Shown: positions 1-11,224, counted from the stretch's first letter. The stretch is 64,000 nt of DNA from an uncultured virus (IMG/VR IMGVR_UViG_3300011741_000001) (IMGVR_UViG_3300011741_000001:62001-126000), one strand, 5' to 3'. Notes: generated by a model from the sequence alone, not told the origin. A program made the numbers and translations.

Positions 1-3000
1 GCTGCAGAGTGGATGAACCCCCTGCGGTACGCGGAAGGGTTTGTTGAACAAATCCGTGAGAACACCAAAAAGAAAATCTCCCAAGGGTTTGGGGATCTTC
101 GTGGGTTCCTGGAGATGGGCCTGAGTTCGATGCACGAAGACGACTTCGGCATGGAAGACAACTCAACCATCACCGCGGATAAACGGAAAAGCAACGCTGC
201 CCAAAAGGCTGCCGGGTTAGCCGGTAAGCAGATTGGTAAACGGTTGCTCGGGCCGCAGGTCGAGAAGCTGCAGGGCAAAAGCCGGGAGTGGTTAGAAGCC
301 AACCCGGAAATCATGAAGCAGCTGCAACGCGGGAAATACTTTGCGCAGAACGCCTCCTCTATTTCTAACTCCGGTATTGACGGGGAAGACATGGGGGTGG
401 CGGGTAACCTGTTCCGAATGCTTAACGCCTTCGGGATTATCCAACCTTTCCGCCGTGAAGCGGGGATGCTGGATGAGCGTAACCCGGAGATGCTTTCGCG
501 TGCCGCGAAGTTCGACCACCGTACGTGGCTCAGTATTAATGAAATCATTCCGGCATGGCTTGGGGAAATCAACAAGTCGATTCGTCGCGGTTACGGGGAA
601 CATGCCAACCTGACGTACGACATCACCAGCCGTGGGTTCGTCGACCGCAAGGTGGTGGCGAACCGTGTCCGTGAATCGGTCGCCAACGACGGTGAGCGTA
701 AACGTCTGTCTGCGTCCATTGACAAAACCGTGGACTTCATTGACCACAACAAGTCATTGAACCAGAAAGAGCGTGCGGCGTTAGCCGGCTATATCGAAGA
801 GCGTGCCTCTACCGGGAAAGCGTTTGACATCAACGCGTTAACCCGCGATGCGTCGTCCATGAATCGGTTTATGTCACAAGAAGCCCAGTCGAAAGTCATG
901 GGGTTACTCGGGTCGCACCCTGAGCAACGTCAAGGCGGTTCGTACGAGCTGTCGAATGCCTTAGCCGATCGCATGCGCGTCATCCAGTCCAGTATCTCGC
1001 GTCGTCAAGGGCGTATTGATGCGGCGGTGGGTGTCTACGGTGAACGCGCACTGCGCGATGCCGGCATCTTTAACTACGATGCGAAGAAAGACACCTTCGG
1101 GGTTGACCGTGACCTCAGTGACCCGTTGACGTTGTTCAACTCTCTGGAGATGGGCAAAACACGCAGTGGGCGTGCCCTGACCCGCGAACAGGAGATCCGG
1201 CGTAAGCTGGGTAACGGTTCTGCAGCCGGGGACTACCTGCGTCGTCTGGGACTGGACAGTGACCCGACCAACGACCTGTTGGGTGGCGAGTCGGCTTCTA
1301 AAGGGTTTGGTTCAGGCAAGTTCAGCCTGAGCGGGTTGAGTCTGTCGCATGTGCTGTACGGTGACAAACCGACCACGTTCCCACAGCTGTTCGAGGAATA
1401 CTCGAAACGCAAAGAAGGTACCACGGACACGAGCGATCGTATCATTGAGGCCATTCGTAGCGCTGACCCTAATCAGCTGCTGATTAAAATACTCGACCAT
1501 GTTCGTGACATGAACGAGGACGGGATTTATCTGTTAGGTCATCGGGGTGGCGGTTATGATGAAGATGAAGACGCCGAAGGTGGCGGCGGTGGTTCTGGTG
1601 GCCCTGGTCCTGGCGGGGGCGGCGGTCGAGGCCGTTGGCGTGATAGAGGTCGTCGTGCCGGTGACCAGGCTCGCGGACTCCTAAGCCGCTGGGGTGGGTT
1701 GATTAAAGACACCACCGGACGTGGTTACCGTTTTGGTAAGCGTCAAGCCCAACAAGGTTGGCGTCGGGGCAGAGCGTCGTGGAACTGGTTGCGCAGTAAA
1801 ATGCCGACCGGTGGCCCGAGTCTGTTCAGTCGCTTGCAGGGTACCGCAGCGAATATGTTCTCAGGAGCCCGGACGTTTGGGCGTAACCTGATGGGTGCCA
1901 AAGACATCTACAATGCACAAGGCAAAGTGGTGTTGAACGGCAAACGCTTAGCGGCAGGGGAATACTACCAGATTGGTAAAGGTCAGTCCGGGAAGATGAC
2001 CCAACTGTTTAAACTCGATGACATTCGTCAGGGACGTGACATTGTTGACGAGCAGGGTAACGTGATTCTGAGTGCCACGGATTTGGCACAGGGTGGGGAA
2101 CTCACGTTCTACACCGGTTCACGCTGGAAGAAACTGTTTGATTTCACCGGTGGGAAAGTCGGGGAACTGGGGAACAAACTCTTCAGTGCGCCACGTGCCC
2201 TGATGGACAAACTTTCTCATCCGATTCGTACTGCCCGGGCATGGTTAACCCAGACCCCGGATGCGTACGTGTCCGGTGAGCAAACGCCACGGTTGTTCGC
2301 CAACAAACTCCGTCAGGGGTTGTATTTGTTGAAAGCCACTGGCCAACCGATCTACAAGATTGGTGACGTGACGGGTGCGATAGTGGATGCAGTCGGTAAC
2401 GAAATCATCACGGACACCGAAATCGCTAACCCGAACTTTAAGTTAGTGGACAAATGGGGACGCGACATCAAATCCCCGTTGGGTCGGATTGTCGGGCGTG
2501 TTGGGGGAACTATCCGTGGGGCTGGCAGGCTCTTGGGTCGTATCCCCGGCATGGCACGTGAAGGTTGGGGTAAAATCATGGGTCACATGCGGGACAATCC
2601 GCTGACCCGGTGGTGGAACAACAAAGAAGGTGGGGCGTTCTCCAACAACACGTTGTTTGGTGGCGGGTTAACCGGTAGTACGCGGAAAACCAACCACATC
2701 CTGATACGCATCTATAAGTTACTCAACCAGCGTATGCCGGGTGAGCCTGAAGATGAGAGCTGGACGGACAGCATGGAACAAGGGATGCGGGGTGCGGCCG
2801 GTTCGGTGCGTAACTCCCTCTCCCGTGCTTGGCGTCGGGGTCGGGTATTAGGCCAACGTCGTTGGGGTCGTCGTGCACGCAATGCACGCAACAGCATCAG
2901 TGGCTGGTTTGGCCGTCAACGTGATCGTGCGAGTGGGTTCTTTGACCGCTTCCGCAGTAACGCCAATGACTTCGCTGACAACTACCGTGGTGCACGTCAT

Positions 3001-6000
3001 GACATCGGTACCCGTTACGGCATCGAGAAACACCTGGCAGGGCGTGACGATGACGTAGCAGACTTCTACCGTCAGAAACTTTACCAGCGTGGTGGGTTCT
3101 CTCGGGCGAAGATTACCGGGGGTCTGAATGACGCCGCGGAAGAAGTGACCGATGCAGCCGGTAATGCCATCAACACCGGGAAGAAGAAAGTCAAGACCAT
3201 TGGGCAGGCGATGCTCGATAAACTCTCCCAGATGACCAACTTGCAGGAAATCAGTTGGTTTGACCGCATGCGCTCCAGCGTGCAGGAAGGGGGCGGGTCA
3301 GAAGGGTTCCTCCGTAACTTAACAAGCAAGTTTTCACGTCGGAACAAGTTCAAAGAGGGCTCGGAGAAAAAGGACTACTTCAACTTCTTCCGTCGTCCTG
3401 CGGGTCGTCACCGTGAAGGAGAAGGCCACACCGGTGGTGCGGCTCCGGGTGCACCGAAGGGCAAAGGGATTATGGGGATGATGACCGCGATGTTTGGCGG
3501 TGTGATGTCCATTCTGGGTGGGATTGGTTCCACGCTATCTGGGCTCGCGCAAGCGGCCGGGTTCGTGGCGAAGTGGGGGGTGTGGAAACCGGCGAAGCTG
3601 GCAACGAAAGCTGCGTGGTGGGTCGCAAGCCGTGCTGTACCGACGGTAGCACGTGCACTGGTAACCCCGTTGATTACCGCGGGAACGGCGTTAGTGACTG
3701 CGATCGGTTGGCCGGCGATTGCTGTGATTGCGGGTGTGGCAGCCCTCGGTTACGGCGCGTACAAACTGGCAACCACCAAATACACCCAGTACCTCGATAA
3801 GATGCGTCTGGCGCAGTACGGCATGCAAGGTTACGACAAATGGTCTGGCGATGACGGGGCGAAAGTCGCGTATCTGGAAGACAACCTGAAGCAGTATGTC
3901 AGTTACAACAATGCCGGGGAAGCCACCTTGCGTGGACTGGCAGGGAAAGACGTGGAAGCGTTAGCCGAAGGATTCGGGATTGACAAAGAAAACAAATCTG
4001 AGTTGATTTCGTTCCAGGCGATGATGTTGCAACGTTTCATCCCGGTATACCTGCGCTGGATGACCTCGATTAGCCAACTGTCCTCAGACGTGCAGCTGAA
4101 AGACCTCGGTGACACGAGCAAAGTCAGCAAAGCGGACATGACGACGTTGTTCGCCAAGAACAAACTGACCAAGGACTCGCGTTACCTGCGTGCCGTGGAA
4201 GACCCGCGTAAAGTGGATCAAGGGTTCTTCTCCAAGGCATGGGATGCTATCACCTTTACTGAACCGACGTTGTTATCAGCGGATGAGGTATTGGCCGTGC
4301 AGGACGAGGTGGAGAAATCCATCAAGTTCCGTGTGGACGACAAAACCGCAGAACGGTTAGGCAAAGGCGTTCCGGTTTCTCAGGGAGTGAAAGTCAGTGG
4401 TGTGGCTGATTCGGTTAACCACCTCGCGGCGCTGGATAAAGAACGCACTGACAACACCATTAAAAAGGAAGGGTGGGAAGACGGGAACGAGCAGGTCACG
4501 ATTCAGGTAGAGTACGGGACGTCTATCGACCAGAAAGACGTGGACGCATTGCAGTCGCTGCGAATGAAGACCTACGGTCTCCAGACGCTGAACCCGACCA
4601 ACGTTAAACTGTTGATGAAACTCGAGCAGTATGTGGTGCCGTTGATTGATTCGAAGACGTCGTCGTTCAAAGGGAACTGGGCGAACGCCATCGACTTGAT
4701 TGTGCCGGGGGGCTCCACCTCCGAACGGGCAGACCGGTTGAAATACTGGTTCTTCAACCGTTTCTTACCGACATTGATGACGTACATGATGTTGGTGAAA
4801 CGGTATATCCCAACGGCCGACCCACTGAACCTGAAAATGTCTGGCGGCTATCTGTACGAACTGGGGAATCTCACCTCGACGTCCATTACCATTAAAAACG
4901 GGATTGCGACCTCGGTGTGGGATGTGGCGGTGATTCCGTTTGACGGCGAAGCCAACACCAACCCCGGCTCGGTACAGGGCGAACTTGACACGCTGAAGGC
5001 GCTCTCGAAAGAAGCGGACTTGGCGGTACGTAACCTGATGCGTGAGAACACGAAGAAAACCGCGAAGCGTGCCCAATGGAAAACCGGGAATCAAAACACC
5101 GGGAACTTCAAAGGGAACGCGGTCGAGGGTGATCCGAATGTGAAGTCTTACGCACCGGGTTCACCGGAAGCGTTAGCCGCGGGGAACATCAGCGGCGGTA
5201 ACCCGTACGCGAACGGGGGCTCCGGCTGGAACGGCAGTCAGGAAATCAGCGCCGCCGGCGGTGTAGCCAATTACGCGGCACTCACCACCGGTAACACTGC
5301 CATTAGCCTTGGGGCGATGGGTGACGGCAATTATAAAGCGTTGCAGGAAAAGTATCCTCTGGCTTCGTTGAATAATGTCGACAACGTGAAGGCGATGATT
5401 GTTGAAGTGGCCAATCAGTTGGGTGTCCCACCGGGCGTGGCGTTGGGTATGGCGAACGCGGAGTCCAAGTTCAACTACAAAGCCTACAACAAAGCCAGTG
5501 GCGCAGGCGGACTGTTCCAGTTCATCAAATCCACGTGGAGCGGCACAGGGACAGCCGCCGGGGAAATGCAGAACTACGGGAACAAGTTCGGGATTCCGGC
5601 CGGGTCGAGTCAGATTGACCCGTATGCGAATGCCTTGCTGGGCGTGAACTTCATCCGTAACAACATTGCGCGTGCACAGAAGGACTACGGTGGGGCTGTA
5701 CCTCCGGGTGTGGCTTATCTGTATCACTTCCTCGGCGCGGGTGATGGGCGGAAGTTCATGGCGGCTTATAAAGCCAACCCGAATGCTCCTGCCAACTCGG
5801 TACGTTACAGCTCAGCCGGCGTCATCGGTAACAATGAATCGGTGTTCTACGACAAATCAGGGCGGATTCGCACACTGGCAGGTGTGATGCAGGAACTGAA
5901 TGGCAGGATGGGGAGCGTGGTGGCGAATGCGGCTACCTCGAACCCGGATCTGGCGAAACAGGTCATGGGGGGTCAAACCCCGACCGCGTCTGACCCTGCG

Positions 6001-6567
6001 ATGGCTGCAGGGGCTCCAGCGGCCAATGACCCGAACGCCAATGCCGCAGGCGCAATGCAGAACCTCCCTGAGAGTAACGCAGGACGTCGTGATGACGCGC
6101 TTGCCCAGAAAGGTGCTATGGCTGCGAATGATGCAGCAAACGCCGCAGCGAGCGTTACAGGCGCTGCACCGGGCAGTAACATGGCACAGTCACCGTCGGA
6201 CATTTCCAAAGCAGCCGATGCTGCCGCGGCAAGTGCACAGTCGGACGGGTTGTCCGAAGCAGATGCAGCGAAGGTGAAAGCGGCGTACGAGAAACAGGCG
6301 GCAGCCCGAACCCGTACCCCGACCAAAACCAGCGATGCGTCAGCCAATGACAATACCATGACCGGAGGTGGGTCGATGGCGGATCTGATTGCCATTGAAA
6401 CCGCCAGCCGTGATTACCTGAAACGTATCGCGGATGCCATTGACCGGGGTGCGTTGAACGGGAGTGCACCACAGGCTCCTGCCGCAACCGCACCGGGTTC
6501 GAAGTCAACGGCCACAACCGTTGCACCGGCACCCAATACGCTGAACGTGTCACGTAAAGCCAGTTAG
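1..6567 (+). CDS. Giant tail-associated virion protein with C-terminal lytic transglycosylase domain (phiKZ gp181-like), 5'-truncated
   Basis: Frame is open from base 1 (GCT GCA GAG TGG ATG...), >2184 aa. SLT motifs MANAESKFN, GAGGLFQFIKSTW and AYLYHFLGAG. Arg/Gly-rich and hydrophobic tape-measure-like central segments. Confidence 0.85.
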   Translation, partial: AAEWMNPLRYAEGFVEQIRENTKKKISQGFGDLRGFLEMGLSSMHEDDFGMEDNSTITADKRKSNAAQKAAGLAGKQIGKRLLGPQVEKLQGKSREWLEANPEIMKQLQRGKYFAQNASSISNSGIDGEDMGVAGNLFRMLNAFGIIQPFRREAGMLDERNPEMLSRAAKFDHRTWLSINEIIPAWLGEINKSIRRGYGEHANLTYDITSRGFVDRKVVANRVRESVANDGERKRLSASIDKTVDFIDHNKSLNQKERAALAGYIEERASTGKAFDINALTRDASSMNRFMSQEAQSKVMGLLGSHPEQRQGGSYELSNALADRMRVIQSSISRRQGRIDAAVGVYGERALRDAGIFNYDAKKDTFGVDRDLSDPLTLFNSLEMGKTRSGRALTREQEIRRKLGNGSAAGDYLRRLGLDSDPTNDLLGGESASKGFGSGKFSLSGLSLSHVLYGDKPTTFPQLFEEYSKRKEGTTDTSDRIIEAIRSADPNQLLIKILDHVRDMNEDGIYLLGHRGGGYDEDEDAEGGGGGSGGPGPGGGGGRGRWRDRGRRAGDQARGLLSRWGGLIKDTTGRGYRFGKRQAQQGWRRGRASWNWLRSKMPTGGPSLFSRLQGTAANMFSGARTFGRNLMGAKDIYNAQGKVVLNGKRLAAGEYYQIGKGQSGKMTQLFKLDDIRQGRDIVDEQGNVILSATDLAQGGELTFYTGSRWKKLFDFTGGKVGELGNKLFSAPRALMDKLSHPIRTARAWLTQTPDAYVSGEQTPRLFANKLRQGLYLLKATGQPIYKIGDVTGAIVDAVGNEIITDTEIANPNFKLVDKWGRDIKSPLGRIVGRVGGTIRGAGRLLGRIPGMAREGWGKIMGHMRDNPLTRWWNNKEGGAFSNNTLFGGGLTGSTRKTNHILIRIYKLLNQRMPGEPEDESWTDSMEQGMRGAAGSVRNSLSRAWRRGRVLGQRRWGRRARNARNSISGWFGRQRDRASGFFDRFRSNANDFADNYRGARHDIGTRYGIEKHLAGRDDDVADFYRQKLYQRGGFSRAKITGGLNDAAEEVTDAAGNAINTGKKKVKTIGQAMLDKLSQMTNLQEISWFDRMRSSVQEGGGSEGFLRNLTSKFSRRNKFKEGSEKKDYFNFFRRPAGRHREGEGHTGGAAPGAPKGKGIMGMMTAMFGGVMSILGGIGSTLSGLAQAAGFVAKWGVWKPAKLATKAAWWVASRAVPTVARALVTPLITAGTALVTAIGWPAIAVIAGVAALGYGAYKLATTKYTQYLDKMRLAQYGMQGYDKWSGDDGAKVAYLEDNLKQYVSYNNAGEATLRGLAGKDVEALAEGFGIDKENKSELISFQAMMLQRFIPVYLRWMTSISQLSSDVQLKDLGDTSKVSKADMTTLFAKNKLTKDSRYLRAVEDPRKVDQGFFSKAWDAITFTEPTLLSADEVLAVQDEVEKSIKFRVDDKTAERLGKGVPVSQGVKVSGVADSVNHLAALDKERTDNTIKKEGWEDGNEQVTIQVEYGTSIDQKDVDALQSLRMKTYGLQTLNPTNVKLLMKLEQYVVPLIDSKTSSFKGNWANAIDLIVPGGSTSERADRLKYWFFNRFLPTLMTYMMLVKRYIPTADPLNLKMSGGYLYELGNLTSTSITIKNGIATSVWDVAVIPFDGEANTNPGSVQGELDTLKALSKEADLAVRNLMRENTKKTAKRAQWKTGNQNTGNFKGNAVEGDPNVKSYAPGSPEALAAGNISGGNPYANGGSGWNGSQEISAAGGVANYAALTTGNTAISLGAMGDGNYKALQEKYPLASLNNVDNVKAMIVEVANQLGVPPGVALGMANAESKFNYKAYNKASGAGGLFQFIKSTWSGTGTAAGEMQNYGNKFGIPAGSSQIDPYANALLGVNFIRNNIARAQKDYGGAVPPGVAYLYHFLGAGDGRKFMAAYKANPNAPANSVRYSSAGVIGNNESVFYDKSGRIRTLAGVMQELNGRMGSVVANAATSNPDLAKQVMGGQTPTASDPAMAAGAPAANDPNANAAGAMQNLPESNAGRRDDALAQKGAMAANDAANAAASVTGAAPGSNMAQSPSDISKAADAAAASAQSDGLSEADAAKVKAAYEKQAAARTRTPTKTSDASANDNTMTGGGSMADLIAIETASRDYLKRIADAIDRGALNGSAPQAPAATAPGSKSTATTVAPAPNTLNVSRKAS

Positions 6568-6573
6568 TAACAC

Positions 6574-6600
6574 GGGGCAGTTCGCTGCCCCTTCTTTTTT
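6574..6600 (+). terminator. Intrinsic terminator
   Basis: GGGGCAG-TTCG-CTGCCCC followed by TTCTTTTTT. Confidence 0.8.
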
Positions 6601-6613
6601 CGTGGGAGAGATT

Positions 6614-8800
6614 ATGGTACAAGCAAGGTCCGTAACCGACAGCGGGTGGGTAGGGGGACTGTTCGGTGGCGCTATCACCCAGCGTGATACACGCTTTAAC
6701 AACCTGCGTGTGTACAGCGATGCCCGGATGTCGTTTGCCGATACCACTCTCGGTGGAAGCCAAGCCATCAATGCGCCGCCGGGCTTCACTGTGTTTGCTG
6801 ACCCACCGGTTGGTGGGGTATTTGCGCAACCCTACGATGAAACCCGCAGTTCCGGTAAGAAGTGGTTGGAAGACCAAGACACCAAAGGGTCGTATCGCAT
6901 GGGGGCTTTCTATTCGGAAGCCATCGAGCAAAACGGGTTTTATCTGCACTGCCGTTTCGGGAAACCGAAGTATCTCGGCGTGGCGGCATTCTTCGCGAAC
7001 ATGTACGATTCCAACCTCGCCTATCTCGCCCGTACGGGTGACTATCCGGGGATGATTCGCACACTGGGCGCATGGATTACCGGGGCCGCTATCTTTGCGA
7101 CGCTCGGTACCGTGGCATTCGGGGCAATACTGATTATTCCGCGTTTGCTGAAAGCCGCGTTGAACAAACAGACTTCCCGTTACTACTACGTGAAGCCGAC
7201 CATGCACTTATACCTGCGTGCGGTGCAGAACATTGTGAACACCCAGTTGATTTACCGTCGACTGGTGCCCACCGGGATTCTGGGGTATTTCGCATTAGAC
7301 CGTGATACGGACGATGCCAAAAACAAATACCACGCCGAACGTGCTGACTTGTATTCTGCGTTACCGGAAATCTGGAAAGCGTCGGGTGAGTTTGACATCT
7401 ACAAGATGATCAACCGCTATCAGTTGCTGGCGAACTATCAGGCGGCAACGCTGGATAAGATTGCAGCGGAAGCGACCTCGCCGGCGGATGCCGAATCCCG
7501 TGTGCAGAAGTTCTACAAAGAAGCGCTGTTCACCAACTCCCTGAACCCGGACTCGGCGACGATTGCCAATATGGAAATCTCGTTGTCGATGATGGAAGAA
7601 GTGTTCGCCAAAGACGCAGGGTATTACGCGGGCTTTGATAACGCCAATAACCAGGCCGATACCGCCCTGAACAACCTCAACGGGGTCTACAGCGCGGCAT
7701 CTGCAAGCGGCGGCACTGCCAAGGACTACGACAACAGTGTCGATGCGGAGCGTCAGGCGTTGCAGAACAAGCAAGCGGCTGAAGCGTCCGGTAAAGAGGG
7801 TGAGGACAGCCCTGACCCGACCCAGATTCAGAACTGGATGGATGCCGGTCAGAAGCAGAACGTGAAATCGTTCTGGGGTGACTTTGCGGATGGGGCCTCC
7901 GGGGTTCTCAAGTCGATTAAGTCTTCTGCGGCGACAGAAATCCGAAACGGTTCCCAGTGGGTCACGTGGAAGATTGACGGTAAGGACACGGTGTCCAGAA
8001 GCTTCTCGAACTCCACCAAAGAGCCCGAGATCTCTTCGACGGTCAACTCCGCTACGCAGAAAGCCCGCAGTCTGGAAGTCAACTTGTCTGGCGGTAAGAC
8101 TGGCTTTGACCCGGTGGATGGATTAATCACGGGACTGAAGTCAGCCTTTACAGGCGCACTGGACTTCTTGCACCTCTCAGGGATTATGTCACTGTACAAC
8201 TCGTCAGTGATTGACTTCCCGGAGGTCTGGGATTCCTCGTCTACAGACGGTGATGACATCACCATCAATATCCCGCTGCGTTGCTGGTCAGGGAATGACC
8301 TTGACGTGTTTCAGGATATGATTGTGCCGATGTCGTTCTGGTTAGCGGCTGCTTGTCCGATAGCCACCGGTAAGCAGTCGTTTACACACCCGTTCTACCT
8401 CGAAGCGTATTCACGTGGTCGTTTCTCCATGCGTAATGCCATGGTGACGAGTCTCTCGATGAACTTCGGTGTCGGTGGGTTAGGGTGGCGTGTTGACGGG
8501 TGTCCGTTGTCGTGTGACATCAGCGTGACCATTCGTGACCTCAGTCGCGTGATGTACATGCCGATTGTAACGGACTCCTCGGTGTGGGATGACGATAACA
8601 AGTTCTCCGAGTTCATGGCTGTACTCGGGGGCGCAACGCTGCACGAACGTACGTCGGGGATTGACCGCACGATTATGAATCTGGCGAACTGGAAACAGTC
8701 ATGGAAGTCGGCCTTCTCGGTCGGTGCCCGCGTCAATCAGGTGTTCGACTTACCGCCAATTCGTACCGTGGCCAACTTGTTCTCTGCGTCGGCTCGTTAA
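6614..8800 (+). CDS. Virion structural protein (probably phiKZ gp182-like)
   Basis: ~728-aa ORF; ATG at 6614 preceded by GGAGAG. Position after the gp181-like gene matches recalled phiKZ-like synteny. Confidence 0.6.
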   Translation: MVQARSVTDSGWVGGLFGGAITQRDTRFNNLRVYSDARMSFADTTLGGSQAINAPPGFTVFADPPVGGVFAQPYDETRSSGKKWLEDQDTKGSYRMGAFYSEAIEQNGFYLHCRFGKPKYLGVAAFFANMYDSNLAYLARTGDYPGMIRTLGAWITGAAIFATLGTVAFGAILIIPRLLKAALNKQTSRYYYVKPTMHLYLRAVQNIVNTQLIYRRLVPTGILGYFALDRDTDDAKNKYHAERADLYSALPEIWKASGEFDIYKMINRYQLLANYQAATLDKIAAEATSPADAESRVQKFYKEALFTNSLNPDSATIANMEISLSMMEEVFAKDAGYYAGFDNANNQADTALNNLNGVYSAASASGGTAKDYDNSVDAERQALQNKQAAEASGKEGEDSPDPTQIQNWMDAGQKQNVKSFWGDFADGASGVLKSIKSSAATEIRNGSQWVTWKIDGKDTVSRSFSNSTKEPEISSTVNSATQKARSLEVNLSGGKTGFDPVDGLITGLKSAFTGALDFLHLSGIMSLYNSSVIDFPEVWDSSSTDGDDITINIPLRCWSGNDLDVFQDMIVPMSFWLAAACPIATGKQSFTHPFYLEAYSRGRFSMRNAMVTSLSMNFGVGGLGWRVDGCPLSCDISVTIRDLSRVMYMPIVTDSSVWDDDNKFSEFMAVLGGATLHERTSGIDRTIMNLANWKQSWKSAFSVGARVNQVFDLPPIRTVANLFSASAR

Positions 8801-8803
8801 AGC

Positions 8804-8860
8804 AAAAAAAAAAGAAAGTACCCAACTCCTTTGCGGGAGTTGGGTTGCTTTTATTTATTT
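8804..8860. terminator. Bidirectional intrinsic terminator
   Basis: A-run, CCCAACTCC...GGAGTTGGG stem, T-run, between convergent genes. Confidence 0.8.
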
Positions 8861-9274
8861 CTGTTGCAGGTCAGAGGTTACGAGGGTGAAACCGTCCCCG
8901 GTGTACCAGATGATAATCGCGTTAGACGGAATGTTCTCAACCGGTTCCATCAGGTACGGAATATCGGTACCGGCCAAACTGGAGACTTTCCCAGCGTTCG
9001 CCACGTGTTGGCAATGCCCACGGTAATGCGTGTGGCGCAGTAACCAACCCGCCACTTCTGGCGTAACGCCGTCCAAGTGCAGGAACGCATGGTTCGCCCA
9101 CACCCCTTCGTGTACGGGTTTATCGACCAACACGAATTCCGCTTGCCCGTGGGTGTTGTCAATCAGACGTTGCCACCACAGCTGGTTAAAGCCGAAGTTA
9201 TTCGGGACGTTGTTACCGTTAATAAACGCTGAGCCTGAAACTTCATCGAATTTGATTTCGTTCAACTGTTGCAT
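8855..9274 (-). CDS. Hypothetical protein
   Basis: 139 aa; TAATG coupling to upstream gene; GAGGAGG RBS. Confidence 0.7.
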   Translation of the reverse strand: MQQLNEIKFDEVSGSAFINGNNVPNNFGFNQLWWQRLIDNTHGQAEFVLVDKPVHEGVWANHAFLHLDGVTPEVAGWLLRHTHYRGHCQHVANAGKVSSLAGTDIPYLMEPVENIPSNAIIIWYTGDGFTLVTSDLQQK

Positions 9275-9753
9275 TATTCCTCCTCAGGAATGTATCCGTC
9301 GCGCAGGATATAGTACGTTAATTGAATCCCTAAGTTCTCGACTTCGTCTTTGACGAAATGAATCACAATGATAGGGACGTGTTTCGGCACCGTGGGTTCT
9401 TTGTCAATCTCTTCACGCCATTCGACTGTGTCGGTGGCTTTCAACCGTAACAGCTTTGGAATACTGGGATCGATTTCATCCCACGAGTGCAAGCGATTGT
9501 GTTCCAGTACATTAACAAACGGCACGGTGTTAATCAACCGCATGAACATACTCAGTTCGAGTTCAAACGAGACTGTGCGTACCGGATCGGTGTACGGGAC
9601 AGTGTAATGCGAGTCCTGCACGTAGACATGTTCGGCATCGGCAATGATGCGCCATAACAGCGCATCTTGGTTGTTCACAGCCCCGATAAGAACTCCGTCA
9701 ACTGAGATGTCGTTCGCGTTAGGAACGATATCAGGTCTGACGGAGATTTTCAT
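9274..9753 (-). CDS. Hypothetical protein
   Basis: 159 aa in tightly packed minus-strand operon. Confidence 0.7.
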   Translation of the reverse strand: MKISVRPDIVPNANDISVDGVLIGAVNNQDALLWRIIADAEHVYVQDSHYTVPYTDPVRTVSFELELSMFMRLINTVPFVNVLEHNRLHSWDEIDPSIPKLLRLKATDTVEWREEIDKEPTVPKHVPIIVIHFVKDEVENLGIQLTYYILRDGYIPEEE

Positions 9754-9756
9754 GGA

Positions 9757-10692
9757 TTAGTTCACCTTTTCCAGCTCGTCAATTTTGTCGGTGGCAACCA
9801 TATCCGACTCTTTGACGAAAATACCATCGCTGTTCAGGAAACCACGACGGTCTTTGATTTCGTCCCACGCCAACGACAGACCTTCTTCCAGCGTGAAGCC
9901 ATAGCAGATAGACAGCGCATTCGCGTAGTAGATGCACTCAGACAGGTTACCGATGATAAACAGTGAGTCTTCACCCGTGAACGCGCTGTTTTCCAGTTTC
10001 TTGGTCTGCAGCTGCAAGCCGTAGTCCCACAGGAAGTCCACCGCGTTGGTGTTGGCCTTACGCATTTTGTGGTACAGGAAATGGTTCAGCATCGGGCCAG
10101 ACATCTTCGGCAGTTCCGGCGCTTTAGACGGGTCACGGACAGTTTGCACCATACCGCGGATAACGTCGGCATCGTAACCGGTCAGTTCCAGCAGGTTCAC
10201 CATCACCACAATCATATCGCCTACGGCGTCCATGATCAGATGGCGTTTGTTCTTACCGACGCCCATTGCGCCTTCACCGTCTTCTTCGTACATCTTGGTG
10301 GCTTGCGTATACCAGACACCGTTGTCCAGAATACCGCGGGCTTTAGACCAACCCTTCACGTTTTCAATCAGCTCGGCAATTTGCAGACGTGCAATACGAC
10401 GTGGGTGTGTCACCGTGCTCTTTTTGTTAGCCGCCAGTGCAACCGCCAAGGTGATTTCCAGACCCGGCATGTTCAGCTCGCAGTCGTTCGGCTCTTTGTC
10501 GCCACTCAGCAGACCCGAGATGAACCACGTACCTTTCTCAAGGTTGTAGTCCAGCGCGTCCAGTGAGTCGTACCAGATGTCAGCCTTACCCTGTTCACGC
10601 AGAATGTCGAGTTCGATGTTGACGTCGTTAACATAATGGTTCGGGTTCGGTAAACGAATGTACGGTACATCGATAAAGAATTGGTCGCCCAT
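9757..10692 (-). CDS. MazG-like nucleotide pyrophosphohydrolase (all-alpha NTP-PPase) with N-terminal extension
   Basis: WSKARGIL...QATKMYEEDGE...DAVGDMIVV and AWDEIKDRRG...GIFVKESD motifs. Confidence 0.75.
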   Translation of the reverse strand: MGDQFFIDVPYIRLPNPNHYVNDVNIELDILREQGKADIWYDSLDALDYNLEKGTWFISGLLSGDKEPNDCELNMPGLEITLAVALAANKKSTVTHPRRIARLQIAELIENVKGWSKARGILDNGVWYTQATKMYEEDGEGAMGVGKNKRHLIMDAVGDMIVVMVNLLELTGYDADVIRGMVQTVRDPSKAPELPKMSGPMLNHFLYHKMRKANTNAVDFLWDYGLQLQTKKLENSAFTGEDSLFIIGNLSECIYYANALSICYGFTLEEGLSLAWDEIKDRRGFLNSDGIFVKESDMVATDKIDELEKVN

Positions 10693-10705
10693 TTTTTGAT
10701 AATCC

Positions 10706-11164
10706 TTAATTTAATTGATAAATGATAACGTCGTCGGTACAACATTCTGCAAGCCAGTGGTAAACTTTGGAGGGTTTCCACTTGCTGAAATAGCGTCCCG
10801 CTTCGATGATAAAGACACGGTCAAAGGTGTAGTTGCGAATATAGTCCGGGATGTCGTCGCCGAGAATCATCCCCGATTGCCGCCTACTGAGCCCAGCACG
10901 CTCAATAATGGCGTCACTGAATGTTTTCGCCATTTCCATGTTTGCCGACAGGATTAAGGTTGCGCCGGGATGGTCGACGAACTTGTCCACTAACCACGCC
11001 TCAATCCCCCGATGACGGCCTGCGCCCATGCGCACGGTACGGAAGTCCATCAGCGCGTCGGGTTTGTCTTTCGCCACCCACGCTACCTGAGGACTGTCAA
11101 CCGCAAACATATCTTTGGTAAGTTCTTGCGCTACTAAATCATAATCGATTTGAGCCTTAGACAT
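10706..11164 (-). CDS. Hypothetical protein, possible degenerate P-loop domain
   Basis: 152 aa; RTVRMGAGRHRG (Walker A-like but no lysine) and RVFIIEA (Walker B-like). Confidence 0.5.
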   Translation of the reverse strand: MSKAQIDYDLVAQELTKDMFAVDSPQVAWVAKDKPDALMDFRTVRMGAGRHRGIEAWLVDKFVDHPGATLILSANMEMAKTFSDAIIERAGLSRRQSGMILGDDIPDYIRNYTFDRVFIIEAGRYFSKWKPSKVYHWLAECCTDDVIIYQLN

Positions 11165-11224
11165 CTTAGTGTTCCTATTCAGTGAAAAAGAAAACTACCC
11201 CGCGCTCGGCGGGGCAGGTGTTAC

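Noticed and set aside
1555..1635. GGC/GGT-rich repeat-like tract
   Set aside because: Encodes a Gly-rich linker within the large tail protein, not a DNA repeat element.
6155..7207. 350-aa minus-strand ORF and the many other antisense ORFs inside long genes
   Set aside because: They overlap well-supported opposite-strand genes and lack recognisable motifs; expected from codon bias.
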